Origin: a virus
Taxonomy: Duplodnaviria > Caudoviricetes
Length of the DNA: 64,000 bases
Strand: one strand, 5' to 3'
IMG/VR virus record: IMGVR_UViG_3300037721_000031
Span: 1 to 64,000 of that record
Under the pieces are notes generated by a model. It searched no databases and was not told where the DNA came from. It saw only the letters and a program-made list of their open reading frames with translations. Below, piece by piece: positions 29,258 through 38,883 of the stretch; the first letter of the stretch is position 1; each line of letters begins with the position of its first letter. A program made the position numbers and the translations under genes.

Positions 29258-31165
29258 TTATTGCGACCAACGGCCGAACGTACCGCCGACTTGCGTGCCA
29301 GGACGAACACCACCACCATAGCCACGGTTGAACAAGCCGCCGCTTTCAGTGCCCAGACGCAGATTCTGCATCCAAGACGCAGACACCCGATTCGGGCCAG
29401 CCATATCCTGGAACGGAGTCACAGGACGAATCACCAGACCAGTAGCCACAACTGCCTTTTCCAAGGCATCCATGAACGGACCAGAGAACGTAACGCGCTC
29501 AGCGAAGCCAGTGTAGAACACCGACCCACCAACTGCCGACTCCAGAATACGACGACGAGCATGCATGCGCAGATCCAGCGGATATTCGGTACGAGTAAAC
29601 GTATCCGACCATTCACGAATTTGCACAGGATCCGTCTCACCGAACATGTTCGCAACTGCCAGATAGTCTACATCTCGCAGATCGCGCTTGACACCATTCT
29701 TGTCAACGTAATGACCCATGTGAATACGGTTGTTCTCAGCGAACACTGCCGGACCACTGTAATTGAACTTACCATTCGTCAACAGTTGAGCTGCAGACAG
29801 AATCGCTTCATTCGCATCAGCACTGCCACGAGCGGCTGCCAGGAACACAGAAGTCAGCCAAGTTTCCGGACCACATTCTTCCACATCCATAGAGATCGCC
29901 AGATTCGGACGAATGAATGCTTGCACCAACGACGCCAGTTGCTGCGCGGTGAACGAGTCACTACGCGTATCGATCCGGCTACCGAAACCCGAAGGATTCT
30001 TGTCCAGATTGGCTTCGATGCCGATTGCACCCAGATCACGCATGTCGAACTCGTTGGTATGGGGGCGACGGAAAGCACCGATCCAGTTACCATTAGCACG
30101 CAGGGTCAGAGCAGTCACCATACCCAGCAGTTGCCCAGGCAGCGTGTTCAGCAGCTTAGCATCCAGCTTCGTGATGATGAATCGCGGAGTGTACAGATGC
30201 GTCGATTGAGGCTGTTGCTGGTATTGTTGCAGAGCTTGTTGGTAGGGGTTCTGACCGATTTGCGGATTGGCCGGATCCCACAGCAGATCCATGAAACCAC
30301 CAATACCGAAGACCTGTTCCGAACGTTCACCGCTGTTCAGAGAAATTCGCTGACCATCTTGCTTACCTTGTTGCGCTTGACCGCGAACTTCAGCGTAACC
30401 AATGTAGACGTCTGTCCGCACAGGCTGACCAACGGCATTAGCTTGTTGATTCTGATTGAACGCCAGAGTGGCAACAGAGTTCAGACCAGCAGCAGAACCT
30501 TCAAGACTATAGTCCTTGAAGTTCGAAGCATTGCTGTTCAGAACAGTACCGGCAGCACGCAGAGCATTGGCCAGCGTAGCGCGAACCAGCGCCAGATCCT
30601 TGAAGTCATAGCCAGCAGGAACCACTTGACCTTCAGCGTCAAACATGTGAGCCGGGTTCGTGCTCGGGAATTGACGCGCAACCACACCGGCCACAATCGC
30701 CTTGTAGTCATTATCGTAAGCATCACCAATCGCCCATTGCTGTTCGACAGTCTTACCATTGACATTGACTTGAGGACGGGGCAGTTCACCAGCGGTGTCG
30801 CCGATGAGCATCGTGTGGAATGCCAGAGCAGCGTTCGGAGCTTGCTTGTGACGAACCACCAGCACGATGGCTGAACAGAACAGATTGGTAGCTTCAGTCT
30901 TGCTGATGTTCACCATCTGCAGATCATAGCTTTCATGGGCATTACCGATCAACAGCTTGACTGCATCGGTGAAAGCCTTCATCGCCTCCGCATCAGGAGT
31001 ACCTGCCAGCGGAGCGGGGTTACGTTCAGTCATTACACTCATGGACTGAGTGTTAGTGTAATTTGATTGCATCGGACGTTGTGTAGAAGATTGTTGCGAT
31101 TGAGCTTGCGCGGGAGGCACCAGCGAGCTGGCTTGATTGTTTTGCGACGGGATATTGACGGCCAT
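29258..31165 (-). CDS. chmA: Chimallin, major phage-nucleus shell protein
   Basis: 635 aa directly upstream of the nvRNAP beta'-N gene; PRFIIT, RIHMGHYVD..RDLRDVDYLAV and GGLFNRG..FGRW C-terminal segments; strong codon bias. Confidence 0.88.
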   Translation of the reverse strand: MAVNIPSQNNQASSLVPPAQAQSQQSSTQRPMQSNYTNTQSMSVMTERNPAPLAGTPDAEAMKAFTDAVKLLIGNAHESYDLQMVNISKTEATNLFCSAIVLVVRHKQAPNAALAFHTMLIGDTAGELPRPQVNVNGKTVEQQWAIGDAYDNDYKAIVAGVVARQFPSTNPAHMFDAEGQVVPAGYDFKDLALVRATLANALRAAGTVLNSNASNFKDYSLEGSAAGLNSVATLAFNQNQQANAVGQPVRTDVYIGYAEVRGQAQQGKQDGQRISLNSGERSEQVFGIGGFMDLLWDPANPQIGQNPYQQALQQYQQQPQSTHLYTPRFIITKLDAKLLNTLPGQLLGMVTALTLRANGNWIGAFRRPHTNEFDMRDLGAIGIEANLDKNPSGFGSRIDTRSDSFTAQQLASLVQAFIRPNLAISMDVEECGPETWLTSVFLAAARGSADANEAILSAAQLLTNGKFNYSGPAVFAENNRIHMGHYVDKNGVKRDLRDVDYLAVANMFGETDPVQIREWSDTFTRTEYPLDLRMHARRRILESAVGGSVFYTGFAERVTFSGPFMDALEKAVVATGLVIRPVTPFQDMAGPNRVSASWMQNLRLGTESGGLFNRGYGGGVRPGTQVGGTFGRWSQ

Positions 31166-31311
31166 TATAATTTCCTTTTTCAGATGAGGTTAAATTTAAG
31201 CTCTTTGCAAAGAGTATAAAGCTCAAGAACATATCACATTAGAAAGACTTTTCATCCCTGAAGGTCGATCCAACGCTCGATTATAATAACATCCGCATTA
31301 TAATCCAGATA

Positions 31312-31330
31312 TGTAATATAGGCCTGAGAT
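31312..31330 (-). promoter_or_regulatory. Early promoter upstream of chimallin
   Basis: Minus strand TCTCA-GGCC-TATATTACA. Confidence 0.7.
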
Positions 31331-31611
31331 TCTTTTCATTTCAAATTAGAGCTTATTACAGTATACACGGTACAGTGCATTTCATTGATTCGTTGTGTAA
31401 AAATCATACACGGAATCATAGAGGTACCCTCCAGCCTCAGGAGTTACCCCAAGGCTGGATGACGAAAGCTGTAACACTTTCGTCATAAGATATTACCAAC
31501 GTATTTTTTTACACTACGTCTTATTCGCTATCAAATTTTATATAGTTTAACTTACGTTGATGTATTTTATGTTCAATGATCACAGCAGTTTATTAAAATC
31601 AGAAATACGCT

Positions 31612-32700
31612 ATGCATAACCTACTAAGGCTTATCGATTCTATAGACCAGGGATTACCTAGCTTCCCTGTCTGGGAATTGCTTCGTAGAGGCCTATCTCT
31701 TAATCTTGACAAAATTACTAGTCACTATCACCGATTCCCTGGGAGAGTAAATGGTTCACACTTCCTGGTAAAACTCATCAATAGCATGAACGTGTCACTT
31801 AATCAGCCTCTTGATCGCTTTTATTCAAATATGAATACTAAGGCTTTAAGTGTATCTCAGTCATTAATGATGACATCTTCTATTAGTACAGGTAGAGTGT
31901 TTGACGGATATTTCTATGGTGAAGGTACCAAAGAAATACTGATTGCTCATGATGAAGGTTTTGATTTCTATAAAGCATCTCAGAACTGGAGAGAGTTGCA
32001 GCCTATTAGAGTATTACGTCATCCTAAAAGTGATCTAGCGTTAAATATACCAGATGGCAATTCGTACAACATTGAAGAAGGCATTGCTGTTATAGCTATT
32101 AACTTACCAATGTTGGCGCTGCAATACCGTGAGTATCAGATTTACGAAGACTCAGTAGCTCTCTCTAGAGGTGAATCGCCTCGTGGATTGACACATTACA
32201 TCTATAGTTACGCATTGACAAATATGATGTACAGTCATCTAGATGTAGCCATATTTAACAGATTGTACAACTTACTAATTGGTGCGCCTCTTGGGGTATC
32301 TACTAAGAAACACTCTTTCTACATTCAAGATTATGAAAGTAAGCTAACAGATCTTCAGTTACTTCAGCTTCGTATGTTAGAAAGAAATCCTCGTAAGTTA
32401 GACGCAATGATGCGAATGATTCCTCTTGTGACAGAAGCTAACTTATCAACCATGTCTAGATTACCAGACATGGTACCAACAAGACCTGTTGTATGGTCTT
32501 TAGTGCTGAGTCGATTACAGTTACTATCGTTTATATACGGTGCTAATACAGACGGTGCAAGAGTTAGAAACGGAACCGAAGTAAATAGAATAACTAGAAT
32601 GTTTCAGTTATTCGATATAGAAGAAGTGTTAGGTAGAATTCTACCTATTGATTACTTCCTTGATGTGAGCCAACAAATCAAGAAAATCACACAGGCATAA
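31612..32700 (+). CDS. Conserved phiKZ-like protein (gp52-like), function unknown
   Basis: 362-aa ORF divergent from chimallin; IRVLRHPKSDL and INLPML..QYR motifs. Confidence 0.65.
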   Translation: MHNLLRLIDSIDQGLPSFPVWELLRRGLSLNLDKITSHYHRFPGRVNGSHFLVKLINSMNVSLNQPLDRFYSNMNTKALSVSQSLMMTSSISTGRVFDGYFYGEGTKEILIAHDEGFDFYKASQNWRELQPIRVLRHPKSDLALNIPDGNSYNIEEGIAVIAINLPMLALQYREYQIYEDSVALSRGESPRGLTHYIYSYALTNMMYSHLDVAIFNRLYNLLIGAPLGVSTKKHSFYIQDYESKLTDLQLLQLRMLERNPRKLDAMMRMIPLVTEANLSTMSRLPDMVPTRPVVWSLVLSRLQLLSFIYGANTDGARVRNGTEVNRITRMFQLFDIEEVLGRILPIDYFLDVSQQIKKITQA

Positions 32701-32738
32701 AGACTAGAGCCTTGTAAGGCTCTAGTCTAATTATGCCG
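32694..32738. terminator. GGCATAA...TTATGCCG element (convergent; contains the stop codon of 31612..32700)
   Basis: 13-bp stem 32701-13/32716-28. Confidence 0.85.
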
Positions 32739-32746
32739 TCTCGGTT

Positions 32747-34879
32747 TTAATACTGATCCATCGCCAGACGAGTGATGTTGTCATTAGCTATGTAGTAACC
32801 TAATGTTTCAAGAATTAGATATAGAATACCAGTCATATCGAAAACGATCTTACGGATATCCATTACAATTTCTATCTCTTCAGGCATACCTTTTAGGCGT
32901 AAACTTTCTTGCGGAAGTATTACAGTCTGCATCCCTAGCTTTTGATTTTTTATCATCCAACTTTCTAATCTTTGAGCTAATGCTTTATCCTTAATATTCG
33001 CTACCCACTTCTTCATTGATGTCGAAGATTTAAGGTCAACATTAACTTTGACACCGGCATACGGAGGTATTGGTGCATCTCCATACTTAGGAGCAAAAAC
33101 TTCTTGCCACATTGTGTAATGCTGATATGGTGAATCTTCCTCAGACTTAGTGTAAGATTCTGGAGACTTTATTTGGGCACTGCGGAAGTAGGTTGACTCA
33201 CCAGCTTTTACAGATCTTACTATTTCTCTTTCTGTATCTGCTACTTTTCTAAGTAACGCATACAGAGATATCTTCTTACCAGATACAACAGTATCCATGA
33301 TCTCTTTCATCATGCTTTCTGCTTTATCTGTGATAATCGAAGGTACATTTGAAGACTTAAGGTGGACTCCCTTAATCTCCATTTCATAATCCTTATAGAT
33401 ATTACCTTCTTGGCAAGAGATATATGCAAAGTAGTGCTTACCTACTTGAGTTGGAATAAATACATCAAACTTGTATTCATTCTTCATTGCAATCTGGTGT
33501 ATTCGTTTTGACTCAATACCCATATTAGCGCTCATACGAGCTAATACGTGCGTAATGGTTTCGGCTGCTAAGAATATCATTGTCGCAGCGGTAGCTGTTG
33601 TTTCTGCTGTAAAGCCAGGATTATTACCGTGCTTCCAGAATACCCAATCTTGTACTGTGAAAATAGTAGAGTCAGTATCAGAGGTAAGAGCAGCTCTGCG
33701 AATAGATTCAGGAAAGAATGCTAACGACGCAGGTACGTTATCAGTTACGAATAAGGCCTCTATCAGACTTGTGTAGTCTGTTACAGTCTGATGAATGTTC
33801 AGTACAGTGGACGCGATAAACTGTTCAATCTCTTTACCTTTTATCTTATCCATCGTCATCCCACGCATTTCTGCTGGAAAGAACTGAGTAGCTAATACAC
33901 GATATTCTTCACGATGTGTCTTGAAGACAGTTTCAGAGTCGCTACATGGTTGCCGAACTGCCATCGATAAACGAGTAATAAACGTACGGACTACTTCATC
34001 ATTAAACTTAGCTAAATGATACAGGTCGCCAGTATATGTATACGCTGAGCGCTGCTCTGGTGTTAAGCTATATACTAGATCACGTATGTGATCCATAACT
34101 TGTTCATTCTTCCAGTATAAATTAGTAGAGTAAGTAATGCATTCCATTGTTTCAGCTGCAGAAGGATGACGAATCCCCCAGTCAGACATAGCCTTACTAA
34201 GCTTAACGTAATCTGTATGGTTTATAATTGAAATGATATTATTTAAAACAATCTTAGGGTTCCAGTAATGTCTGTTACCGCAAAGAATCTTTTCATTATT
34301 AGCATTACCATAACCAGAAGTACTACGACAAGTACTAGTGAGCGTTGAATGTGCAGTCTTATTAAAAAGCGGTGTAGAATTAGATACGTGAGCGCCGGAG
34401 ATAGAATTGTTACTAATCTTCTTATTACCCTGCTCTAACTTTTTAACAAACTCTAACAGCTTGTCGCCATTCATCTTTGCAGAGAACATAGCCTTTTTAG
34501 CTTTAGAACGAGCTGCTACGTTAGCGTCAATAAAGTCTACTAGTAGAGATTTATTAACTTTAGGAGATAAGTATGTTGTAAACGTTGGAGCTATAATCTG
34601 TTCATCCTTAACGCTATCTCCAATATACTTACTCATTGTAGAGATCTTTTTCTCTCTGTCGCCGTTATCTTTACGTTCTAGGTAGTATGTTGTCGGATCT
34701 TTAAATTCAAACTTCTGGCCTGGCTTCAATTGATTTAACACATACTCACGACATTCGTCTAATGGCTTCTTAGTGGCGATATGTAGATATGTTGCCGCAT
34801 CATCCACGTAATGTCTGAAAATATCTAAATCTCTCTTATACTCATTCTTTTCCAAAACAAACGGATTAGCAGCAGTCAT
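32747..34879 (-). CDS. Family B DNA polymerase, polymerase part (phiKZ gp50-like split polymerase)
   Basis: KKISNNSISG motif B, SDTDSTIF motif C, EMEIKGVHLKSS. Confidence 0.9.
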   Translation of the reverse strand: MTAANPFVLEKNEYKRDLDIFRHYVDDAATYLHIATKKPLDECREYVLNQLKPGQKFEFKDPTTYYLERKDNGDREKKISTMSKYIGDSVKDEQIIAPTFTTYLSPKVNKSLLVDFIDANVAARSKAKKAMFSAKMNGDKLLEFVKKLEQGNKKISNNSISGAHVSNSTPLFNKTAHSTLTSTCRSTSGYGNANNEKILCGNRHYWNPKIVLNNIISIINHTDYVKLSKAMSDWGIRHPSAAETMECITYSTNLYWKNEQVMDHIRDLVYSLTPEQRSAYTYTGDLYHLAKFNDEVVRTFITRLSMAVRQPCSDSETVFKTHREEYRVLATQFFPAEMRGMTMDKIKGKEIEQFIASTVLNIHQTVTDYTSLIEALFVTDNVPASLAFFPESIRRAALTSDTDSTIFTVQDWVFWKHGNNPGFTAETTATAATMIFLAAETITHVLARMSANMGIESKRIHQIAMKNEYKFDVFIPTQVGKHYFAYISCQEGNIYKDYEMEIKGVHLKSSNVPSIITDKAESMMKEIMDTVVSGKKISLYALLRKVADTEREIVRSVKAGESTYFRSAQIKSPESYTKSEEDSPYQHYTMWQEVFAPKYGDAPIPPYAGVKVNVDLKSSTSMKKWVANIKDKALAQRLESWMIKNQKLGMQTVILPQESLRLKGMPEEIEIVMDIRKIVFDMTGILYLILETLGYYIANDNITRLAMDQY

Positions 34880-34945
34880 GCTTGTTTCTCATGTAAATTA
34901 ATTTCTCAGCCAAATGTACAAACTACAACATAGAAAATAATGACA

Positions 34946-35001
34946 GCATAAAAAAAAAATAATGTCTTACAAATAGTGCTCCGTACGGAGCACTATTTGT
35001 A
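34946..35001. terminator. GCATA/A tract + perfect hairpin
   Basis: TACAAATAGTGCTCCG-ta-CGGAGCACTATTTGTA, 34968-35001. Confidence 0.75.
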
Positions 35002-35018
35002 GTAGACGTTAACATACA

Positions 35019-35987
35019 TTACGGAGTAGCCATAGCCCTTTCAAAACTCCAACCATAACACATTAGTCTGTTATAAAGTCTTGTGTAATTTTTATTATAT
35101 TCTTTAGCCCACTCGGATACTTTCTTTGTAATTCCGTTATGTGTAAAAGTTGTTTCTGTCTTTATAGATACAGTTGTGGCTTTCTCAAAACTCCAACCAT
35201 ACTGCATTAGCCTACCGTACAGTGTATGATACGGAATTTTGTATTCAGTCGCCCACTCTCTAATACTTTTCGTTACTCCATTATGAGTAACAAAGCAAGT
35301 ACTCTTCCTTTCTAAAGAACCCATCTTTGTATTAAAAGCCCTCTCAACGGTCCAACCACATCTTACAATTCTTGAATACAAATCAGTATATATTAAATTC
35401 TTGGCCTTAGCTTCCGGTGTCTCAGCTAATTCTAGTAATGTTAACTGTCTACCGTTATATTCATAACTTGGCTTTACCTTATAAGATCCTGGTTCACTAT
35501 AAATTGGCTTCCATTTACAGCTACCAGGTTCATAAATCTTAGACATATGTTTTCTAACAACTTTATGTTTATGGTCGGGACTCGGACCCATATCGTTATA
35601 GAAATTTTCAAATGAGTCTTTCCACCAATCACAAACAGTAATACCTCTGTTGCCAAAATTAGAATACTTCTTATCAGACTTATTGTAACAGACGCTAAGT
35701 ATATCTTCCCAGACTTTTCTTTCAAAGTCTCCTGGGTTACTATAAGTTGGTTCTACTTCATCTTGAGTATCGGAAACATCTTGTTTATTACAAAATTTAG
35801 AGCTATTACTTGTAATACATCCGCAGTCAGTCGTAACTTTACCAACGAGACCGTTACCAGAAAATGTCGTTATTGTACCACAATCACAATGACAGACCCA
35901 ACCATTTCCTTCAAAGAATGAAAAATCATTATTCATTTCTTTTACAGTAAGAATACCGAATCTACGTCCTACTAAGTCTTGAAACAT
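35019..35987 (-). CDS. HNH-family protein with degenerate catalytic core and three C-terminal DNA-binding modules
   Basis: GRRFGILTV, CHCDCG, FGNRGITVCDWW retained; H-S-I-D-R/N core replaced by HKHKVVRKHM; terminal EQxNN absent. Confidence 0.8.
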   Translation of the reverse strand: MFQDLVGRRFGILTVKEMNNDFSFFEGNGWVCHCDCGTITTFSGNGLVGKVTTDCGCITSNSSKFCNKQDVSDTQDEVEPTYSNPGDFERKVWEDILSVCYNKSDKKYSNFGNRGITVCDWWKDSFENFYNDMGPSPDHKHKVVRKHMSKIYEPGSCKWKPIYSEPGSYKVKPSYEYNGRQLTLLELAETPEAKAKNLIYTDLYSRIVRCGWTVERAFNTKMGSLERKSTCFVTHNGVTKSIREWATEYKIPYHTLYGRLMQYGWSFEKATTVSIKTETTFTHNGITKKVSEWAKEYNKNYTRLYNRLMCYGWSFERAMATP

Positions 35988-36000
35988 GATATAGATTCCT

Positions 36001-36429
36001 TTACGGTTTAGATGTAATAGAAACTGATCTTGCTTTTAATGAATAAATAGTTCTGATAGCTTCCACAGAATCCGTTACCTGTGAGATAGCACAATGTATG
36101 GAATCTTCCTTAAAAGGATCTTTCGTCATACTGACTGAATTATAAAGGAAGTCATAAACTATCTTATCACCATATGACCAGATGAGAGTATAATGATGCG
36201 GTTTTGCAGGGCTACGATAAACTCTGAGAAATACCATTAATCCGAACTGTTCATCCTTGGTGAGCATGTATAGCATAGCTATTCGCTGAAAGCCGCAATA
36301 TGTTTTACCATATTTATCACGCCTCAGTCTTGTTTTTGTAACTGGATGAAATACCTTTGAAAGTTCTAAGAAATTTAACAGCGGGTCTTTCTCTGGCTTC
36401 TTAAGTAAACTTTTAAACCAATTAAACAT
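36001..36429 (-). CDS. Hypothetical protein
   Basis: 142-aa ATG ORF with GGAAGAG RBS-like tract. Confidence 0.65.
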   Translation of the reverse strand: MFNWFKSLLKKPEKDPLLNFLELSKVFHPVTKTRLRRDKYGKTYCGFQRIAMLYMLTKDEQFGLMVFLRVYRSPAKPHHYTLIWSYGDKIVYDFLYNSVSMTKDPFKEDSIHCAISQVTDSVEAIRTIYSLKARSVSITSKP

Positions 36430-36451
36430 CTTTAGACTCTCTTCCTAATTA

Positions 36452-36496
36452 CGGCATAAACACTGAAGCCCTAAGAAAGCTTCAGTGTTTATGCCG
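36452..36496. terminator. Perfect CGGCATAA...TTATGCCG element
   Basis: 18-bp perfect stem, 9-nt loop. Confidence 0.85.
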
Positions 36497-36548
36497 CATT
36501 TCTGTAATGCGTACATATTAGTTATAAGTATTACAACTAGTCTAACGA

Positions 36549-36727
36549 TAGTGCTGTCTGATTGTAGATATAAGTAGCACACGCGTAGATGTAAGTTATC
36601 TAACACAGTGCTTATCAATACAACCAGACAGCATTAGCTACCGGGCTTTCTTACGCCTTGGAGGAGCGCTTCTATCACCATGGAAAAAGGTAAACACAGT
36701 GATAGCGATTCAGAGACAGCCAGTCCC
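36549..36727. ncRNA. Candidate structured non-coding RNA
   Basis: Long imperfect hairpin 36549-36636 plus a second domain (CTATCAC 36672-78/GTGATAG 36699-705) in an ORF-free gap. Confidence 0.35.
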
Positions 36728-36781
36728 TTACAGATCATAGCAATACTCTGTAACTTTTTACAAAACATATACTAATACTAT

Positions 36782-37177
36782 TTAGATCAGCTGAATATCA
36801 AGATTATTGAAACCATTCTGAACCAACGCAATCCGTACTCTCTCAACATCAGAGCTACTAACACCTTCGATCTTAACCACCATACGCCTGGACTCTACTA
36901 ATTCAAGCGTGTCCAGGTTAATCCATGGAATGCCAAGAATTGTAGCTACTCCAGATGCAGTTCTGATACGAATATAGTCGTACTGTGACGGATCATCAGG
37001 AATACCGGACGGTAAATGAGGATATACGTTAGTGTGAATAGCTGGAATATCAACTGTCTGTAACGCTGTCTCGTAATCTAAGATTGCAAGAATAGTGATG
37101 TTCTTGAAATCATTACCTAAAATAGAAGTAGGGTGGACGTCAAAATTGTAGACGCTTTTTAACTCAAATGGATACAT
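36782..37177 (-). CDS. Conserved phiKZ-like protein (gp49-like)
   Basis: YNFDV.PTSILG..FKN.TILAILDYETA motif; core-block position near the DNA polymerase. Confidence 0.65.
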   Translation of the reverse strand: MYPFELKSVYNFDVHPTSILGNDFKNITILAILDYETALQTVDIPAIHTNVYPHLPSGIPDDPSQYDYIRIRTASGVATILGIPWINLDTLELVESRRMVVKIEGVSSSDVERVRIALVQNGFNNLDIQLI

Positions 37178-37589
37178 TATAGGTCCTTACTGTAGATTCT
37201 GGGGTTTGTGTTAGTAATAGATCGCCCGATGAGACTATACTGCAATTTAAGTAAAGTCTTAAAGACATAAGGTTCTTCAAAGAATACTCTACCCATAAAC
37301 ACTGTATCTCAGAAGCATACTGTTTTAGATACCTAATAACCATGTTTCTATCGTTACCGTCATATATTTCAAGAACATCTAGTATCTCGTCACTAGGAAA
37401 ATCTAGACATTCCATACTAGGGTAACGATCGTAAAGCTCTGAGAATAACTCCGAAAGAATGTACTGAAACATTCTTTCGATATTACTCTTAATAAGTTCT
37501 CTACCGCGCAGTACGTGCATCAAACGTTGATATTGCTCTGCGGCAGGCAGTATCAATTCGCATGGCAAGGAATCTATCGTGTTGTTCAT
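37164..37589 (-). CDS. Small acidic hypothetical protein (array member; probable start MNNTID)
   Basis: Overlapping co-oriented ORF run. Confidence 0.6.
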   Translation of the reverse strand: MNNTIDSLPCELILPAAEQYQRLMHVLRGRELIKSNIERMFQYILSELFSELYDRYPSMECLDFPSDEILDVLEIYDGNDRNMVIRYLKQYASEIQCLWVEYSLKNLMSLRLYLNCSIVSSGDLLLTQTPESTVRTYNVSI

Positions 37590-38025
37590 TATTAATAAAA
37601 GGTATTTGCATCTTCTCAAGAACTAGTACGTATTGGTCTACATGACTTAGTTGATAGTACAGTACGCCACCAACATACAACCCGTGACTATTTAGTTCCT
37701 TGTACAGACCTATCCCGTAAGCTTCACGAGCAGTGACGTATACTCCGACGTCATTACCTAGCTCTGAAGATAACTGGATATCATCAAGCATTTCATGACT
37801 GGATACAGCTAGATTATAAAGTGCTGTTTCTTTTACCCTGATAAGTTCTAGAATGTCGGCGGTGGCTACCTGTACTTCAATCCCTAAGATTTCAAGTTGT
37901 TCTAACTTGTTTAGGAAATCTTTTAATCCTGGCGGAGAATTCAGCAGTACCGTTTTCGGTAAGTGCGGACACACATCGCGGTACATCTCATCATCTCCTT
38001 CTTCGAAGAACAATAGATTTATCAT
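37501..38025 (-). CDS. Small acidic hypothetical protein (array member)
   Basis: Overlapping co-oriented ORF; HGLY motif shared with the upstream neighbour. Confidence 0.6.
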   Translation of the reverse strand: MINLLFFEEGDDEMYRDVCPHLPKTVLLNSPPGLKDFLNKLEQLEILGIEVQVATADILELIRVKETALYNLAVSSHEMLDDIQLSSELGNDVGVYVTAREAYGIGLYKELNSHGLYVGGVLYYQLSHVDQYVLVLEKMQIPFINNEQHDRFLAMRIDTACRRAISTFDARTAR

Positions 38026-38422
38026 CGATCATACTTCCGTATTCAAAGACCAGGTATTGATCCACATAAAGACCGTGTTGTTTAAAGTATCTACATAACA
38101 CATAACTGACTTTCACTATATTAGTAAATACACGTTCTAGCTCTGTTATGCATTCATAGAAGTTACTTGACCCACTTATGCATGCGCGTGTATCAAGTAT
38201 GTCGTCTTGAATTAAAGCATCTGGTAATGCAGTTATCTCATTTTCTGCTGTTACGTAATGAGATACCGACTCCACAATACGACTCAAAAGAACATCGATG
38301 TCTATGGTGGGGAGATTAGCCTGGTTAATTGAACTTTTAAGTTCAGTCAAGTAATCCTCTACTCCGATAATTACTTGACTGGGCATGGGGTATGCTTGCA
38401 GCGAGTGAATAGCATTCATCAT
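37991..38422 (-). CDS. Small acidic hypothetical protein (array member)
   Basis: ATGA start/stop overlap with the upstream gene; HGLYVD. Confidence 0.65.
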   Translation of the reverse strand: MMNAIHSLQAYPMPSQVIIGVEDYLTELKSSINQANLPTIDIDVLLSRIVESVSHYVTAENEITALPDALIQDDILDTRACISGSSNFYECITELERVFTNIVKVSYVLCRYFKQHGLYVDQYLVFEYGSMIDDKSIVLRRRR

Positions 38423-38883
38423 CGCTCTGCCACTAAGATAACTGATGTGCCGTTATCTATAAACTGTACATCTGCTATTATTACAACGTTATTACCAAGG
38501 TATTGATTAAGTTCAACGTATATGGCTTGTTCTACTTGTTTAGTAGCTAACTCAAGCTTATTCCATAAATCTGTATAGTTCGACGGAAGTGCATTATTCT
38601 TATCCATTGATTCCAGGTACAGATCATAGTCATGCGTTACTGGATTACTATAATAACATCTATCATACTGCTCAGAGTACTGATACGTAGATAGTAATGC
38701 TCTTACGGCTTCAGCTATACCTCCCTTATAAAAGTAGAAGCACGGCGCCCAACAATCTAACTCTATTACTAGGTCAGTAATCGAGATAACGAAGCGCCAT
38801 GTATGGGACAAGTTTTGCCCGCAGTCCCGGATCGGTAATGGAGTTTGGATTTGTCGGTACATACAAGATAAACATATCCCCAT
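38419..38883 (-). CDS. Small acidic hypothetical protein (array member; start uncertain)
   Basis: Overlapping co-oriented ORF. Confidence 0.55.
   Translation of the reverse strand: MGICLSCMYRQIQTPLPIRDCGQNLSHTWRFVISITDLVIELDCWAPCFYFYKGGIAEAVRALLSTYQYSEQYDRCYYSNPVTHDYDLYLESMDKNNALPSNYTDLWNKLELATKQVEQAIYVELNQYLGNNVVIIADVQFIDNGTSVILVAER

Noticed and set aside
29231-30874. 547-aa plus-strand ORF overlapping chimallin
   Set aside because: Codon-aligned antisense shadow explained by chmA avoiding TTA/CTA/TCA; the translation has an unnatural R/T/Q/H-rich composition
31430-31486. CTGGATGACGAAA as a hammerhead ribozyme core
   Set aside because: Lacks CUGAUGA plus stem II and the cleavage triplet geometry; explained by two ordinary adjacent hairpins
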